DNA from: Octopus vulgaris
Taxonomy: Eukaryota
Length of the DNA stretch: 64,000 nt
Assembly (NCBI GenBank): GCA_951406725.2
Contig: OX597814.1
Coordinates: 162,936,001 to 163,000,000, forward strand
Direction: 5' to 3'
The translations under genes were made by a program, and so were the position numbers. Positions 13,390-25,450 of this stretch are shown here, in pieces; the first letter of the stretch is position 1; every line of letters starts with the position of its first letter. The notes below the pieces were generated by a model. The model was not told the DNA's origin, ran no database searches, and saw only the letters and a program-made list of their open reading frames with translations.

Positions 13390-16010
13390 GGACTATAATT
13401 TGTGTTGAAACAAATCACTAAACCTATTTGGCACAGATTACATGGAGTTATTTAGAATGTGGGATACCCCCATTGGTGTTCGGCACGGTTAAGAGTTCGA
13501 ATGGAGTTGAACAACTGAGACAAAAAACTTTAAAAATTGTTTCCAAATGTTTTTTAGAAGGATTAGGCTTTTGCACTAAAACAAAAGCGAGGATCGCAGC
13601 AAAAGAAATGGCAACCTATATAGGCCCAAACGGAACGTGTCGTTTGCGGTGTTGGACCAGGTCAATAAAGAGCTAGAAAGACTAGAAAGTCTAGCTATAA
13701 TTGGAAAAGTTGACTATTCAGACCGGTCAGCTCCGACGGCTTATGTAAAGAATAAAAACAATAAACTAAGAGTATGCACGGACTTTTCAACTGCATTAAA
13801 TGAACACAATGATCTATTACCAAACCCAGAAGAAGTGTTCACAAAACTGGATAGAGGAAAACTTTTCTCGAAGTTAGACCTCTCGGAAGCCTATCTGCAG
13901 ATACAGGTAGAGGAATTTTGCTCATGCCTTTAAACAATCAACACACAACGTGGATCGTATAAATTCAAGCGGTTTCCTTTCGGAGTAAAAGTGGCACCTG
14001 ACATATTCCAATTGATGGGCACAATGTTAAACGATTATGACTTTGTTATCGCTTATCTCGATGATATTTTGATAAAGAGCATGTCAGTTGAGCAACACTT
14101 CGAACGTATTAAAAAAGTATTCGGAAAAATAAATGAATACGTGTTTAGATAAACAGAAAAAAAGCGTGAATTTTTTATGAATAAAATCAAATATTTAGGT
14201 CAAGTAATTGACGAAAGGGGACGAAGGCCAGGCCCATCAAGGGAGAAGGCAATACGCAATATGCCTCTCCCAACGAACGTCAAATTGTTACAAGCATTTT
14301 TATGTTTGGTAAACTACTATCAAGTATATATCCCGAACATACACAACACAAAGGCTCCACTAAATGAGCTGTTAAAAAAGGATGCCAAATAGTTTTAGCC
14401 AAAAAAAATGTCAGAAAAAAAATGTTAACTTCAGATTTGTCGCTTACACATTTCGATCCGAGGTTGGAAACGATACTGGCAACAGATACTAGTGAGTACG
14501 GGATAGGTGCCGTACTCCTACACAAATGTGAAGATGGCAGCCAAAAGTCCATAGTCCACGCGTCAAGAACGTTATTGACAACGGAAAAAATTATATCGAA
14601 ATTGAAAAAGAGGCATTGGTGATGATATTTAGCATTAAAAAGTTTCACAGGTTTATACATGGTAGACGGTTTAGACTACAAACAGACCCTCGACCGTTGC
14701 TAACGATTTATAGATCCAAGAAAGGAATCTCAGTACATACAGCAAACAGATTGCAGCGATGGGGCACCATGCTACTAAACTACGACTACGCAATGGAATA
14801 TTAACCTTGAAAAAGTATGACATACTGACTGTCTATCCAGGTTAATAACCAGAAATGGCGGACCATCCAAGGACGCAGTAATACCATCCCTAAGAACCGA
14901 AGAGGAAATTGAACATAATGTGCAACATTGTACGAATGTTACCAAATAACTCTGGAGGAGATAAAGCGACACGCGTCAAACGATAAGTTAATTAATGACA
15001 CAAAGGAAACTCTGTGGTAAGCTAAAGGAAACAAACATAGGTTCGGTAAGAAAAAAAAACAGCAACTGGTAAACATATATTCAACATGTGACGGCGTATT
15101 GATGTATGGTCAAAGGGTAGTGATACTTGAAACTCTACAAAAAATAATGCTGAAAGAATCTCATATTGGACATTCGGGAATCGTAAGGATGAAAGCGCTT
15201 ATGTGCAGTTATGTGTATTGACCGAATATGAACAAGGAGGTTGAAAACCTGGTAAAAGGCTACAGATGATGTGCTCTGGCAGCGAAATTACCTACTCAAG
15301 AATGGGAGCCTTGGCCAGAAGTAAAAAGTTCATGGTTAAAAGACTACATATCAATTTTGCGGGTCCGTTAAATGGTTATTACTACTTAGTAGTAGTTGAC
15401 AGTTTTGCAAAATAGCCGGTAATTGTGAAGTGCAAAAGACCAACCTCCGAAACGGTTATAACATTTTTGCACGCATTATTCGCGATTATATCTGGTAATG
15501 AAACAATTTCTATCCAGTGAATTTAGAAAATTCTGCGAAATGTTCACAGTAGAACAAAATGATGGTCAAAGCGCCTTACCATCCCACATCAAATGGACAG
15601 GCGGAGCGTTTTGTGGACATTTTTAAAAGATCTTTGAGAAAAACAAGTAAGGAAGTCACAGACGAAGTCGCTCAACAGCAATTCTTAAGAGTATACAGGG
15701 TGACACTGAACCCCAATACACCAGCAGGAAGGTCAGAAGCAGAACTGATGTTCGCGAGGAAGGTGAAATTAGTTTTGATAAACTGTTACCTGGCGAGGAA
15801 AGAAAAAATACCAGACAAGACAACCCAAATATTTTCAGAATTGGTGATAAGGTGTGCCTGAGGTCGTATAAAAACGGAAAACAGTACTGGGAAGAAGGCA
15901 AAATTACAAAATACACAGAAAAAAATGATGTACGGAATTAAAAGCAGAAAAGGTATTGAAAAAAGACAGAAAAAACAATTGAAGAAGAGATTTATAGAAA
16001 AATTAATCAA
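13390..16010 (+). pseudogene. decayed Ty3/Gypsy (Mag-type, K02A2.6-like) pol: RT, RNase H, integrase
   Basis: Fragments KLRVCTDFSTALN, LPNPEEVF, FSKLDLSEAYLQI, AYLDDILI, KYLGQVID, LATDTSEYGIGAVL, FHRFIHGRRFRLQTD, APYHPTSNGQAERFVDIFKRSL; many stops and frameshifts; no gag or 5' LTR seen. Confidence 0.95.
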
Positions 16011-16213
16011 ACAGATAAAAAGAACCTATGGAATGGTTGTATGATACATTCCAGGTACCAACCCGTTACAGGTGGATGAACCCACGCGTACAAGTGTTCT
16101 TACAAATAGACGCCTAAAAGACAAAAAACTTTTAAGTTGGAAAGAAAACGCCAAGAAAGGAGGAGGAGTGAATAAAGTAAAATAAAATTACTTGTTTCCA
16201 AAGAAAAAAAACT

Positions 16214-16548
16214 AAAAGGGGAGATGTAGTGAAAATGGCACTCTCATCCCCACGTGACAAAGCGGTATGACACAGCCACTATAAAGTCAGACAGTCAGTC
16301 GTTGTAGGAAGTCAGAAGTAAAAGAGTCGTTGTACTAGTTCTCAGTGTCAGTTACGTGTGATATACGAGTTCGAGTTATCGTCAAGGTAGACGTTTCAAA
16401 GTCATTGTCTTGCAGAACCATCAGCGATAGCGTGATAGACGAGTCAAAGTTAATAAGATACGGAATCCCGCCACAACATAATAGTGGCGACAATAATATT
16501 TCAGTGTCGACAATAGCATGCAAGTGAACGAGGATGCATATAATAACA
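16214..16548 (+). mobile_element. polypurine tract and 3' LTR of the Gypsy element
   Basis: AAAAGGGGAGA (16214-16224) directly followed by TGTAGTG; candidate LTR end ...CACAACA at 16478; homologous to the inverted copy at 16670-17662. Confidence 0.8.
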
Positions 16549-16669
16549 GTTTGCTCATCCCATTAAGGGTAGAATAAGTAATAGACTTAAGAAATAAATC
16601 CTGGGGTCGAGTTGTTCGACTAAAACCTTTCAAGGCGATGCTCTAACATGGCCGCAGTGAAATGTTTGT

Positions 16670-17662
16670 TACTCCTCTGTCGAGTTTTTAATTTCTCCAC
16701 GTGAAACGTTTTTCAACGTCGTCCGCGTGAATTGTTTATTTTCTCGTGAATTTTTTTTCAACGTTGTCCTCATGAATTGTTTATATCTTCATCGCTACTG
16801 CTATAATGTGCAACCTCGTCCACTTGTATGTTATTGTCGGCACTCTAATATTCTTGTCGTCACTATTATGTTGTGGCGGTATTCTGCGTCTTATTATCTT
16901 TGCCACTTCTATCGTGCTATCTCTGATAGCTCCGCAAGACACTGACTTTGAAACGTCTACTTTGACGATAACTCGAACTCGTATATCACACGTAACTGAC
17001 ACTGATTCCGGCTGAGAACTCGCTCAGCGACTCAACTACTACTGATTTCTTTATTTGGCACCACGGCCACTCTAACACAGAGGGGGACACTACAAGGACA
17101 GACACAACACCACAGTGGGGATATAAAACGAATGAAAATGAATGTTATATAAAAATGGAAAAATGAAATGGCTGCATGGGCCCCACTCCCATGCAGTATC
17201 ATAAGAACGTTTATACACATTATTTACAATCGTTCTATTTTTCTATTGTTTTTTCTTAATCATCTTTTTTTCGCCTCTTTTTTTTCTTCGAAACACATTT
17301 ACTTTTTCCTTTCTTTTTTTCTTTTTCTTTCAACAAAACAATTTTACTTACTCTTTTTTTCCATTTTAATGCATCATGTAAGGCTCCACGTCTTTGAGTT
17401 CAACTACGTTTTCTCCATTTTTCCCCCAATGGGAAAAAATAAAACAACAACAATTAACAATATCAACAAACAAGCAGCAATAAACGAATAATTATTTAAC
17501 GCTCTTACTCACAAAAAACACTCCGTCATCAACGACTCAACTCCAAAAATAACGCTGCCAACTACTCTCCGACTCTACTACTACTGACCTCCTACAACGA
17601 CTTTATAGTGGCTGAGTCATACCACTTTGTCATGTGGGAAGGGGTACCATTTTCACTATGAC
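16670..17662 (-). mobile_element. second LTR copy of the same Gypsy family, inverted and interrupted
   Basis: Reverse complement matches 16225-16548 (TAGTGAAAATGG...CAGCCACTATAAAGTC; CAGTGTCAGTTACGTGTGATATACGAGTTCGAG); interrupted at ~17045-17500. Confidence 0.8.
17045..17500 (-). mobile_element. non-LTR element 3' end sharing its tail with SINE family A
   Basis: Minus strand ends GTCTGTCCTTGTAGTGTCCCCCTCTGTGTTAGAG...ATAAAGAAAT, like the SINE A tail, but the body is unrelated to the SINE. Confidence 0.55.
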
Positions 17663-17689
17663 ACAAGCACAGGCACGCACACATACACA

Positions 17690-17855
17690 CACATATGAGA
17701 GGCTTCTTTCAGTTTCCATCTACCAAATCCACTCACAAAGCTTCGGTTACCCGATGCTGTAGTAGAAGGCACTTGCTCACGGCCCTACGCAGTGGGACAG
17801 AACCAGGTACCATGCGATTTGGAAGCAAGCTTCTTACCACCCAGCCATGCCTGTG
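17690..17855 (-). mobile_element. SINE family C, 5' half
   Basis: Reverse complement of the head at 19394 (GGTAAGAAGCTTGCTTCC...GTAGATGGAAACTGAAAGAAGC). Confidence 0.8.
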
Positions 17856-19393
17856 GTATAAAGAACTTGTGTAAAAAAATCTCAATTGCAATTGGATTCT
17901 GGCCATTTTAACCTCTGTCGTTTAACTTGGTGTTAGGGCTGATTGCACCGAAGAGTGTGTTTCGTGTTGTACAACAATTTATCTACTCAAAAGAGATTCA
18001 CTCAAAGGAGTTTCTTGGACTCTCGGGAGGTTTGCACGGACTTACTGAGTTTAGGAAGAGGTCTTACTCGGTCACGAATTGACATCCACCATGTATGTAT
18101 GTATGTATGTATGTATGTATGTATGTATGTATGTATGTATGTATGCATGCATGCATGCTGAATGTTTTTACTATGTGTTTCTCATTACGAATGTTGTAAA
18201 ATTTCTGGCTGCTAATATCGGTGATAGTGGCATTGGGACAAACATTTATATAAATAGTCAGTGTGTATGTGTGTATATGTATGGATGTGTGCATATTTAT
18301 TCATCTGCACGTTCTATATTTGTACTTGTGTTTGGATGGGTAGTTCAGATTGTTTGTGGTTGTAATATTTTATGCATGGAATTATGTGTGTGTGCTTGTT
18401 TATGTATGTATGTATACATGTATGTATATTTGTATGTATGTATGCATGCATGTATGTATGCATGGATGTCTACGTGCATGTATGTATGTATGCATGTATA
18501 TACGTGTGAATGTATATACATTTGTGTGTATGTATGTATGTATGTATGTATGTATGTATGTGTGTGTGTATTTGCATTTTCACTCAGATATGTATCAATG
18601 CGCTAATACACATATAAACTTTAATATCTATACATTCAAACATACACACTCACGCGCACATCTATGTATGTATGTATATATGTGTGTGTGCGCGTGTGTG
18701 TGTGTGTATGTACGTGTACGTGTATATGTATATATGTGTGTATGTATGCATGTACGCATAGATGTATGTATGTATGTGTGTATGTATGTATGTATGAGCA
18801 TATATTTGCAAACATGATGAACAAGAACATTATGAAATTAATGACGCGGTACTGTAATCAGTGCCAAAGGGGATGGCGAATAGAAAATCCCCAGGCCCAG
18901 ATGTTATAACAGGATATTAGTTCAAGAATCACACATTTTATCATCGAGGTTTGATAAAACTGCATGGCAAGGGCATTCGGAGTACAACGTGCCCAAATGA
19001 ATGTAGAGTGACATTACCATCCTTATTCCTAAAATAGCCAAAGCTCCCAAGTAAAAACTTTCTGCTCAGTAACTTTGCCAGATCGTTCATGCATAAGATA
19101 ACCATTGGCTGCGTCAATCAGTTCCCACAAGGTCATTGAGTCACAATGATATTGTAACTCGTGAAAAAGCTCGGGAAAAGAAGAATGTATGAGGCTGTAT
19201 ATAATCAACAAATCAACAATATTATACAAAAAAAAAAGCAGAAAAGAGTCACAAACACTTGGTTGCAGAGTAGATGGACAACATGGGTGAATTATCGAAA
19301 CATTAGTCGAAGTCCTAAAGGAACTGGTTTGTGATATTCAACTCATGACTGGGACTTGGTACATCACTTAACTTTCCAAATGTGATTATAATA

Positions 19394-19555
19394 GGAGCAG
19401 GAGTGGATGTCTGGTATGTAGCTTGCTTAACAACCACATGGTTCAGTCCCTCTCCGTGGCACCTTGGGCAAGTGTCTTCTGCTATAGCCTCGGGCCGACC
19501 AAAGCCTTGTGAGTGGATTTGATAGACGGAAACTGAAAGAAGCTCGTCTTATATA

Positions 19556-19593
<38 letters not shown>

Positions 19594-19793
19594 TATGTTT
19601 GTTTCCCCAACATCGCTTGACAACCGATGGTGGTGTGCTTACGTCTCCGTAACTTAGCGGTTCGGCAAAAGAGACCGATAGAATAAGTACTAAGCTTAGA
19701 AAGAATAAGTCCTGGGGTCGATTTGCTCGACTAAAAGCGGTGCTCCAGCATGGCCGCAGTCAAATGACTGAAACAAGTAAAAGAGTAAAAGAG
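19394..19793 (+). mobile_element. SINE family C (tRNA-derived, internal microsatellite, AGTAAAAG tail)
   Basis: Head GCAGGAGTGG...GTTCAGTCCC, CACCTTGGGCAAGTGTCTTC, internal (TA)n, tail CAGCATGGCCGCAGTCAAATGACTGAAACAAGTAAAAG. Relatives at ~11380-11610, 12370-12530, 20270-21070(-), 37622-38020 and 38725-38825. Confidence 0.9.
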
Positions 19794-19809
19794 TATAAAT
19801 AAATCAAAC

Positions 19810-20215
19810 CTGGTACCATCCATTACCAACAAGGTGTCCGGCAGGGTGTTTTGTCTTGTCAGTAATGTTCTTTGTCCGCTCATTAAGCCACTTACTATAA
19901 ATGATCGCAAAATACCTCTAGATCCGGAAACATTTCTCACTTTTTCTTTGTAGGCAATCTGAAGCTGTGTGGGTAAGGATCTCGAAAACAAATATCCCAC
20001 AGACATTCGAGTGAAATTTGTTGAGTCCAGTTGCGCATTTTTGATGGTAAGACCAAGAAAATGTGTGCTACAAAACAAAACATGATTGGAAAGGTTATAT
20101 TTTTAAGCAGAAAATATATCCTTTACAATCAGCTAAAAACTATAAGCATCTTGGACAGGATGAGAATGTCAGATATGATATAGCAATTAATACGGAGAAG
20201 ACAAGAAATAAATAC
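19810..20215 (+). pseudogene. reverse transcriptase remnant of an R4/Dong-like (RLE) non-LTR retrotransposon
   Basis: Degenerate motifs GVRQG, ISHFFFVGNLKLCG (cf. THLxFxDDLKLY), TDIRVKFVESSCA (cf. DIGMxFGxxKCA), NYKHLGQDEN (cf. YKYLG). Confidence 0.7.
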
Positions 20216-20232
20216 TTCAAGGGACAGGGAAC

Positions 20233-20709
20233 ATATGGTGATTGGAACTTTTATCTTACAATAATCAATTTGAAGAATTTTGATCGACCGAAGCAACCCC
20301 AGTACTTAAAGATGTTTAAGCCTGGTACTTATCCTATCGATCTCTTTGCCAAACCGTTCAGTTATGGAGACGTAGGCACACCAGCACCGGTTACGAAGCA
20401 GTGTTGGGAGGTGTGTATGTATGTATGTATGTATGTATGTATGTATGTATGTATGTATGTATGCATGCATGTATGTATGTATGTATGTATGTATGTACAT
20501 GTATGCATGTATGCATGGGACATGTATGTATATATGGTGATTGGAACTTTTATCTTACAATAATCAATTTGAAGAATTTTGATCGACCGAATCAACCCCA
20601 GTACTTAAAGATGTTTAAGCCTGGTACTTATCCTATCGATCTCTTTGCCAAACCGTTCAGTTATGGAGACGTAGGCACACCAGCACCGGTTACGAAGCAG
20701 TGTTGGGAG
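20233..20709. repeat. local direct duplication of 178 bp separated by (TATG)n
   Basis: 20233-20410 and 20532-20709 are identical except one substitution seen (CCGAAGC / CCGAATC). Confidence 0.9.
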
Positions 20710-20788
20710 ATAAACAGACTTGAAGATACACACACACACATATATGTACGTGTGTATGTATGTATGTATGTATGTATGTATGTATGTA

Positions 20789-20821
<33 letters not shown>

Positions 20822-21297
20822 ATACATGCGCATATATATATATATGCGCATATATATATATATATATATATATAAATATATATGTATATGTATGTATGTA
20901 TACATACGATAAGTTTCTTTCAGTTTCCGTCTACGAAATCCACTCACAAGGCTTCGGTCGGCCCGAGGCTATAAGTAGAAGACATTTGTCCAAGATGTCA
21001 CGCAGTGAGACGGAACCCAAAACCGTGCGGTTAGGAATCAAACCTTTTACCACACATCCATGCCTGCACCTATATGCTAATGTTAGAAATCTAAATATTC
21101 ATAGATGGACTCAAAACCTCACATTTATCATGGAAGATGATCCAGACGATATTACATTCATGCCTGCTCTATCTCTCCCCACTCTCTCTCTCTCTCTCTC
21201 TCTTGCTTTCTCTCTCCTTTCTCTTCCTCTTTTGTCTCTATCTCTTTCTCCGTCTCTCTGTGTCTGTCTGTCTGTCTGTCTATCTGTCTCTTTGTCA

Positions 21298-21361
<64 letters not shown>

Positions 21362-22274
21362 CTCTCTCTCTGTCTCTATCTCTGTCTCTCTCTTCTGGAC
21401 CATTTCTGGCGAGATGTTACACGAAATGGCTGTAATTTTGACAGACTTCATCTTCCATCTTTTTGGAGTCAATAAAAAGTACCTGTAATATACCGTGGTC
21501 GATTTAAATGACAACCTCCCCACTACCCAAATATATGATACTTTGATTATTTTAGAAATCAATCACATTGATCTTTTATTCTTAATATTTAGTATATTTT
21601 ATTCTTTATTATTTTTCCCATAATTTTGTTTAAAATCATATTTGTTTATTCTTTTGTTTTGAATTTAATATTGCTTTTTCCAATAATTTTATTGATCTTG
21701 GCAAGACGTGTTCTTATACCTGCTGATCCTTGAGGGCTCGTTAGTGAGTTAGAAAAGATATATCAGAAGACAGACAAATACGGAGATGTCAGAGGCCAGA
21801 AAGAAAGTTTAAAACAGTGGAAAATAAGAGAACATATTGTGTATGCTGAAGGTTGAACGAAGAATCTCAGCCTTGCTCATCAATCTCTTACTGAAAACCC
21901 GAAGTGACGCCGAAGCCGCTGAGTACAAGATCAATGGAGAAAATCTAGCGAGAGTTAGTCAAATGAAATTATTCTCTTCTCAGACGCTTTTAGTGAAGAA
22001 GCGCCATTCACGGCCTAGTGGTTGCCAAAGGTGTTATTAATTCAATCATCACAGACTATTCATAGGTCTCAACCAGTGAGATGTGCAGATTGTCTAACAA
22101 TGGTGCGCTAGGCGAGTTAATCACGCATGCCAATAAGCAGAGTTCATTTAAGGGGAAAGTGTATGTGTGTGTGTGTGCGTGTGTGTATGTGTGTCCGTGC
22201 GTGTGTGTGTATGCGGACGTATCTGTCTACGTGCGTGTGTAAGAGGAGAGAGTGTGCGTTATTGTTGCCATTGC

Positions 22275-22810
<536 letters not shown>

Positions 22811-22973
22811 ATCAGCCTCACTATCATAATTGTTATTATCCTTATTAACGGTATTGGAATTATTAGTTATCTGGATTTCGTCTTCATTATCGCCAGCAAA
22901 AATAATACACACACACAAACATATATCTACACACACACATATATATATGATGATATACATACATTTATATTTG

Positions 22974-23045
<72 letters not shown>

Positions 23046-23813
23046 CACACATATGTATATATTTGCGTACGTGTGTATATATATATATATATATATACGT
23101 ATATCAGCATCATCATTTTCATCATCGCCATCATCATTGTAACGAAAGGAAACGAAATGAGTAGTGCATTAGTGCGAACTAATGTGTATTTGCGTGCGAG
23201 TGCGTGTGTGTTTGTGTGTGAGTGTGTGTGCGTGTGCGTGTGAGAGAGAGAGAATGAGAGAGAGAGAGAGAGTGTGTGTGTGCGTGTTTAACCATATATA
23301 TGCATACACGCATATGGATATATACATACATACATATATGCAAGCTGTAGAAAAATAAGAGTATACAGATGGGTGAGGAAAGAAGGAGAGAGAACGAGTA
23401 TTGGGTGTCTACGTTCGACATAGCTACAGAGTTACAGTACTAACATATGATTTACCGATCCATCCGCTTGTTGTCCAATAAACACATTAGCAACTCGACA
23501 AACGACGAGGAACATAATTAAGTGGAGCTAACATATTTAATATAGTGAGCCGTCCTTAAAATTAATGACCAATTAAAATTACACACATAATTAATTTTTT
23601 TTAAATCAATAGAGTTAACGGTAATGTCAAGAATGCAAAGTTAACAATTCTGAAGCCCAAATTCATTTAAAAATTTAATGAGAGCCTTTGGTGTGTAGTT
23701 AATTTAATCTTTGGTAAGTATAGTGGCAACTCTAGACATGTTTTGGTATTATTAAACCTCCGCAGCAAAGTATCACCCTATTGGATTTTAATGGAGCTTA
23801 GAGTGGATGAGAA

Positions 23814-24223
23814 GGATCTTTTCGGTTTGAACGGCAGTTTTTTCTAGCGGTGTCATATGAAATTGTCACCCATAATTATGGCCCTAGTATCGATCTATTG
23901 CATTTCAATCTCTTTTAGGGTTAGGGGTGGGGGAAGGGTATCTTTTTTTCTTCAGAAATGTAAATAAAAGCAATCTGTTTCTTAAACGAGGGACATATTC
24001 ATACGGCACAGAATGTTTTCACCTCGATAGACGTCATTGATTGGTTGAAATTGCAGAAATTGAAGGAAAAAAACAACAAATATCTTACAGACTATAGAAT
24101 TTTCTCAATAAAGCCAAGAGAAAAAGATGTTTTATAAACACGTTCTACCAGTATACGAAGTTTAAAAGTGTTTAGTTACGTGGAAATTATTTTCAAAAAC
24201 TGCCGGTCAAACCGAAAAGATCC
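23814..24223. mobile_element. MITE with GGATCTTTTC termini and 8-bp TSD (Merlin-like)
   Basis: TIR GGATCTTTTCGGTTTGAACGGCAGTTTTT / AAAAACTGCCGGTCAAACCGAAAAGATCC; TSD GATGAGAA at 23806-23813 and 24224-24231. Confidence 0.9.
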
Positions 24224-24689
24224 GATGAGAAAATATATAGATTTTGACATAATTCACTGATTATTAAAATAATGACGAGAGAAAAATTTCCTAGGGACGC
24301 CTTGTGCATGAAGAGAATGTAAGTTAAGTGTGAAGTCGCTAACAAAATGTAGTATTTTAAGTTTTTTGTATTGATGAAAATGATATCCGTAACGAAGACA
24401 AAAGCTTTAACAACAGAGTTAAGGGTGATAACTCTTGGATCCAAGTTACCTAAAACTTGATTGATGAGGATCCGCTAAATGGTCGCTCAATCTGCTGGGA
24501 AATGCAGTCATGACTATCTCAAGAATACTTTACTGTCTTATAAAGGAAGGACACGTTTGATAATGTAGTCCTAAATGCAGTGACTAACAGACAAAATGCA
24601 GTGACCAACAGACAGCTGGAACATCTTTGACCACTGGTCGGTTCGAATATAGCTGACCAAGTACTAAACAATGTCACACCTATTTTAAT

Positions 24690-25450
24690 TGATTTCTTTA
24701 TTAGCCACAAGGGCTCGATATAGATGGGGACAAAGAAGGACAGACAAGACACCACAGAGGGGACAATACATAGAACGAATATGACTGAAATGATTATATA
24801 ACAATGGGGTTATGATTGGCTGTATGCGCCCCTCATCACATGCATTACCATTAATCTATTTAAACTGTCCGTTTTTATCATGTATTTACATAACAATTAA
24901 TTATCGTCTGCCATTACAATTATTTGAACCGTTATATACGTTCTCTAAAATTGTTCTATTTTTCAATATTTTTAAACATAACATAAAACACTTGCTATTT
25001 CTTTATTCCTTTTTTTCCTCCATTTTTTCTTTTCTTTTTTCCTGTCAATTTAACATACTTATTTACTTTTTAGTAGTATTTCATCAGTGTTTCAATTTCT
25101 ACTAAATCCACTACTGGTTGCAATTCTTTGAATTCCACCCTTACTCCTGGTGGGTCAGTTATTATCTCCACACATTTCTTTCAGTCTCTTGTAATTTTCC
25201 TTTTCGATCACTATCGCCTTCATATCCTCTGCATATATGTATGCTGGTACTTTTAGTCTTACTATTTGATTAAACTTGACTATCTTCTTCTCTGTTTCTA
25301 CATTCTTTGGATACATCACGTAATACCATACTCCATTTCCTCCTTGTATTTTCTTTCCTTTATTTTGAACTCTCTGTTCTCTCTTTTCCTCCTCCAGTCT
25401 AAATAGTCTCTCCAACTCTTCTTCGGCCAGCTGAATGTCCGAGTCCTTTT
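24690..25450 (-). mobile_element. non-LTR element 3' region with a SINE A-like tail
   Basis: Minus strand ends TTGTCTGTCCTTCTTTGTCCCC...CCCTTGTGGCTAATAAAGAAATC; AT-rich body resembles 17045-17500; the 5' boundary is approximate. Confidence 0.5.

Noticed and set aside
20401-21435. 344-aa ORF and the many [12 protein letters not shown] ORFs across the window
   Set aside because: Stop-free frames produced by (TA)n, (TG)n, (TATG)n and (CT)n repeats plus SINE sequence.
23915-23927. Telomeric TTAGGG pair
   Set aside because: Only two units, internal to a MITE; not an interstitial telomere array.
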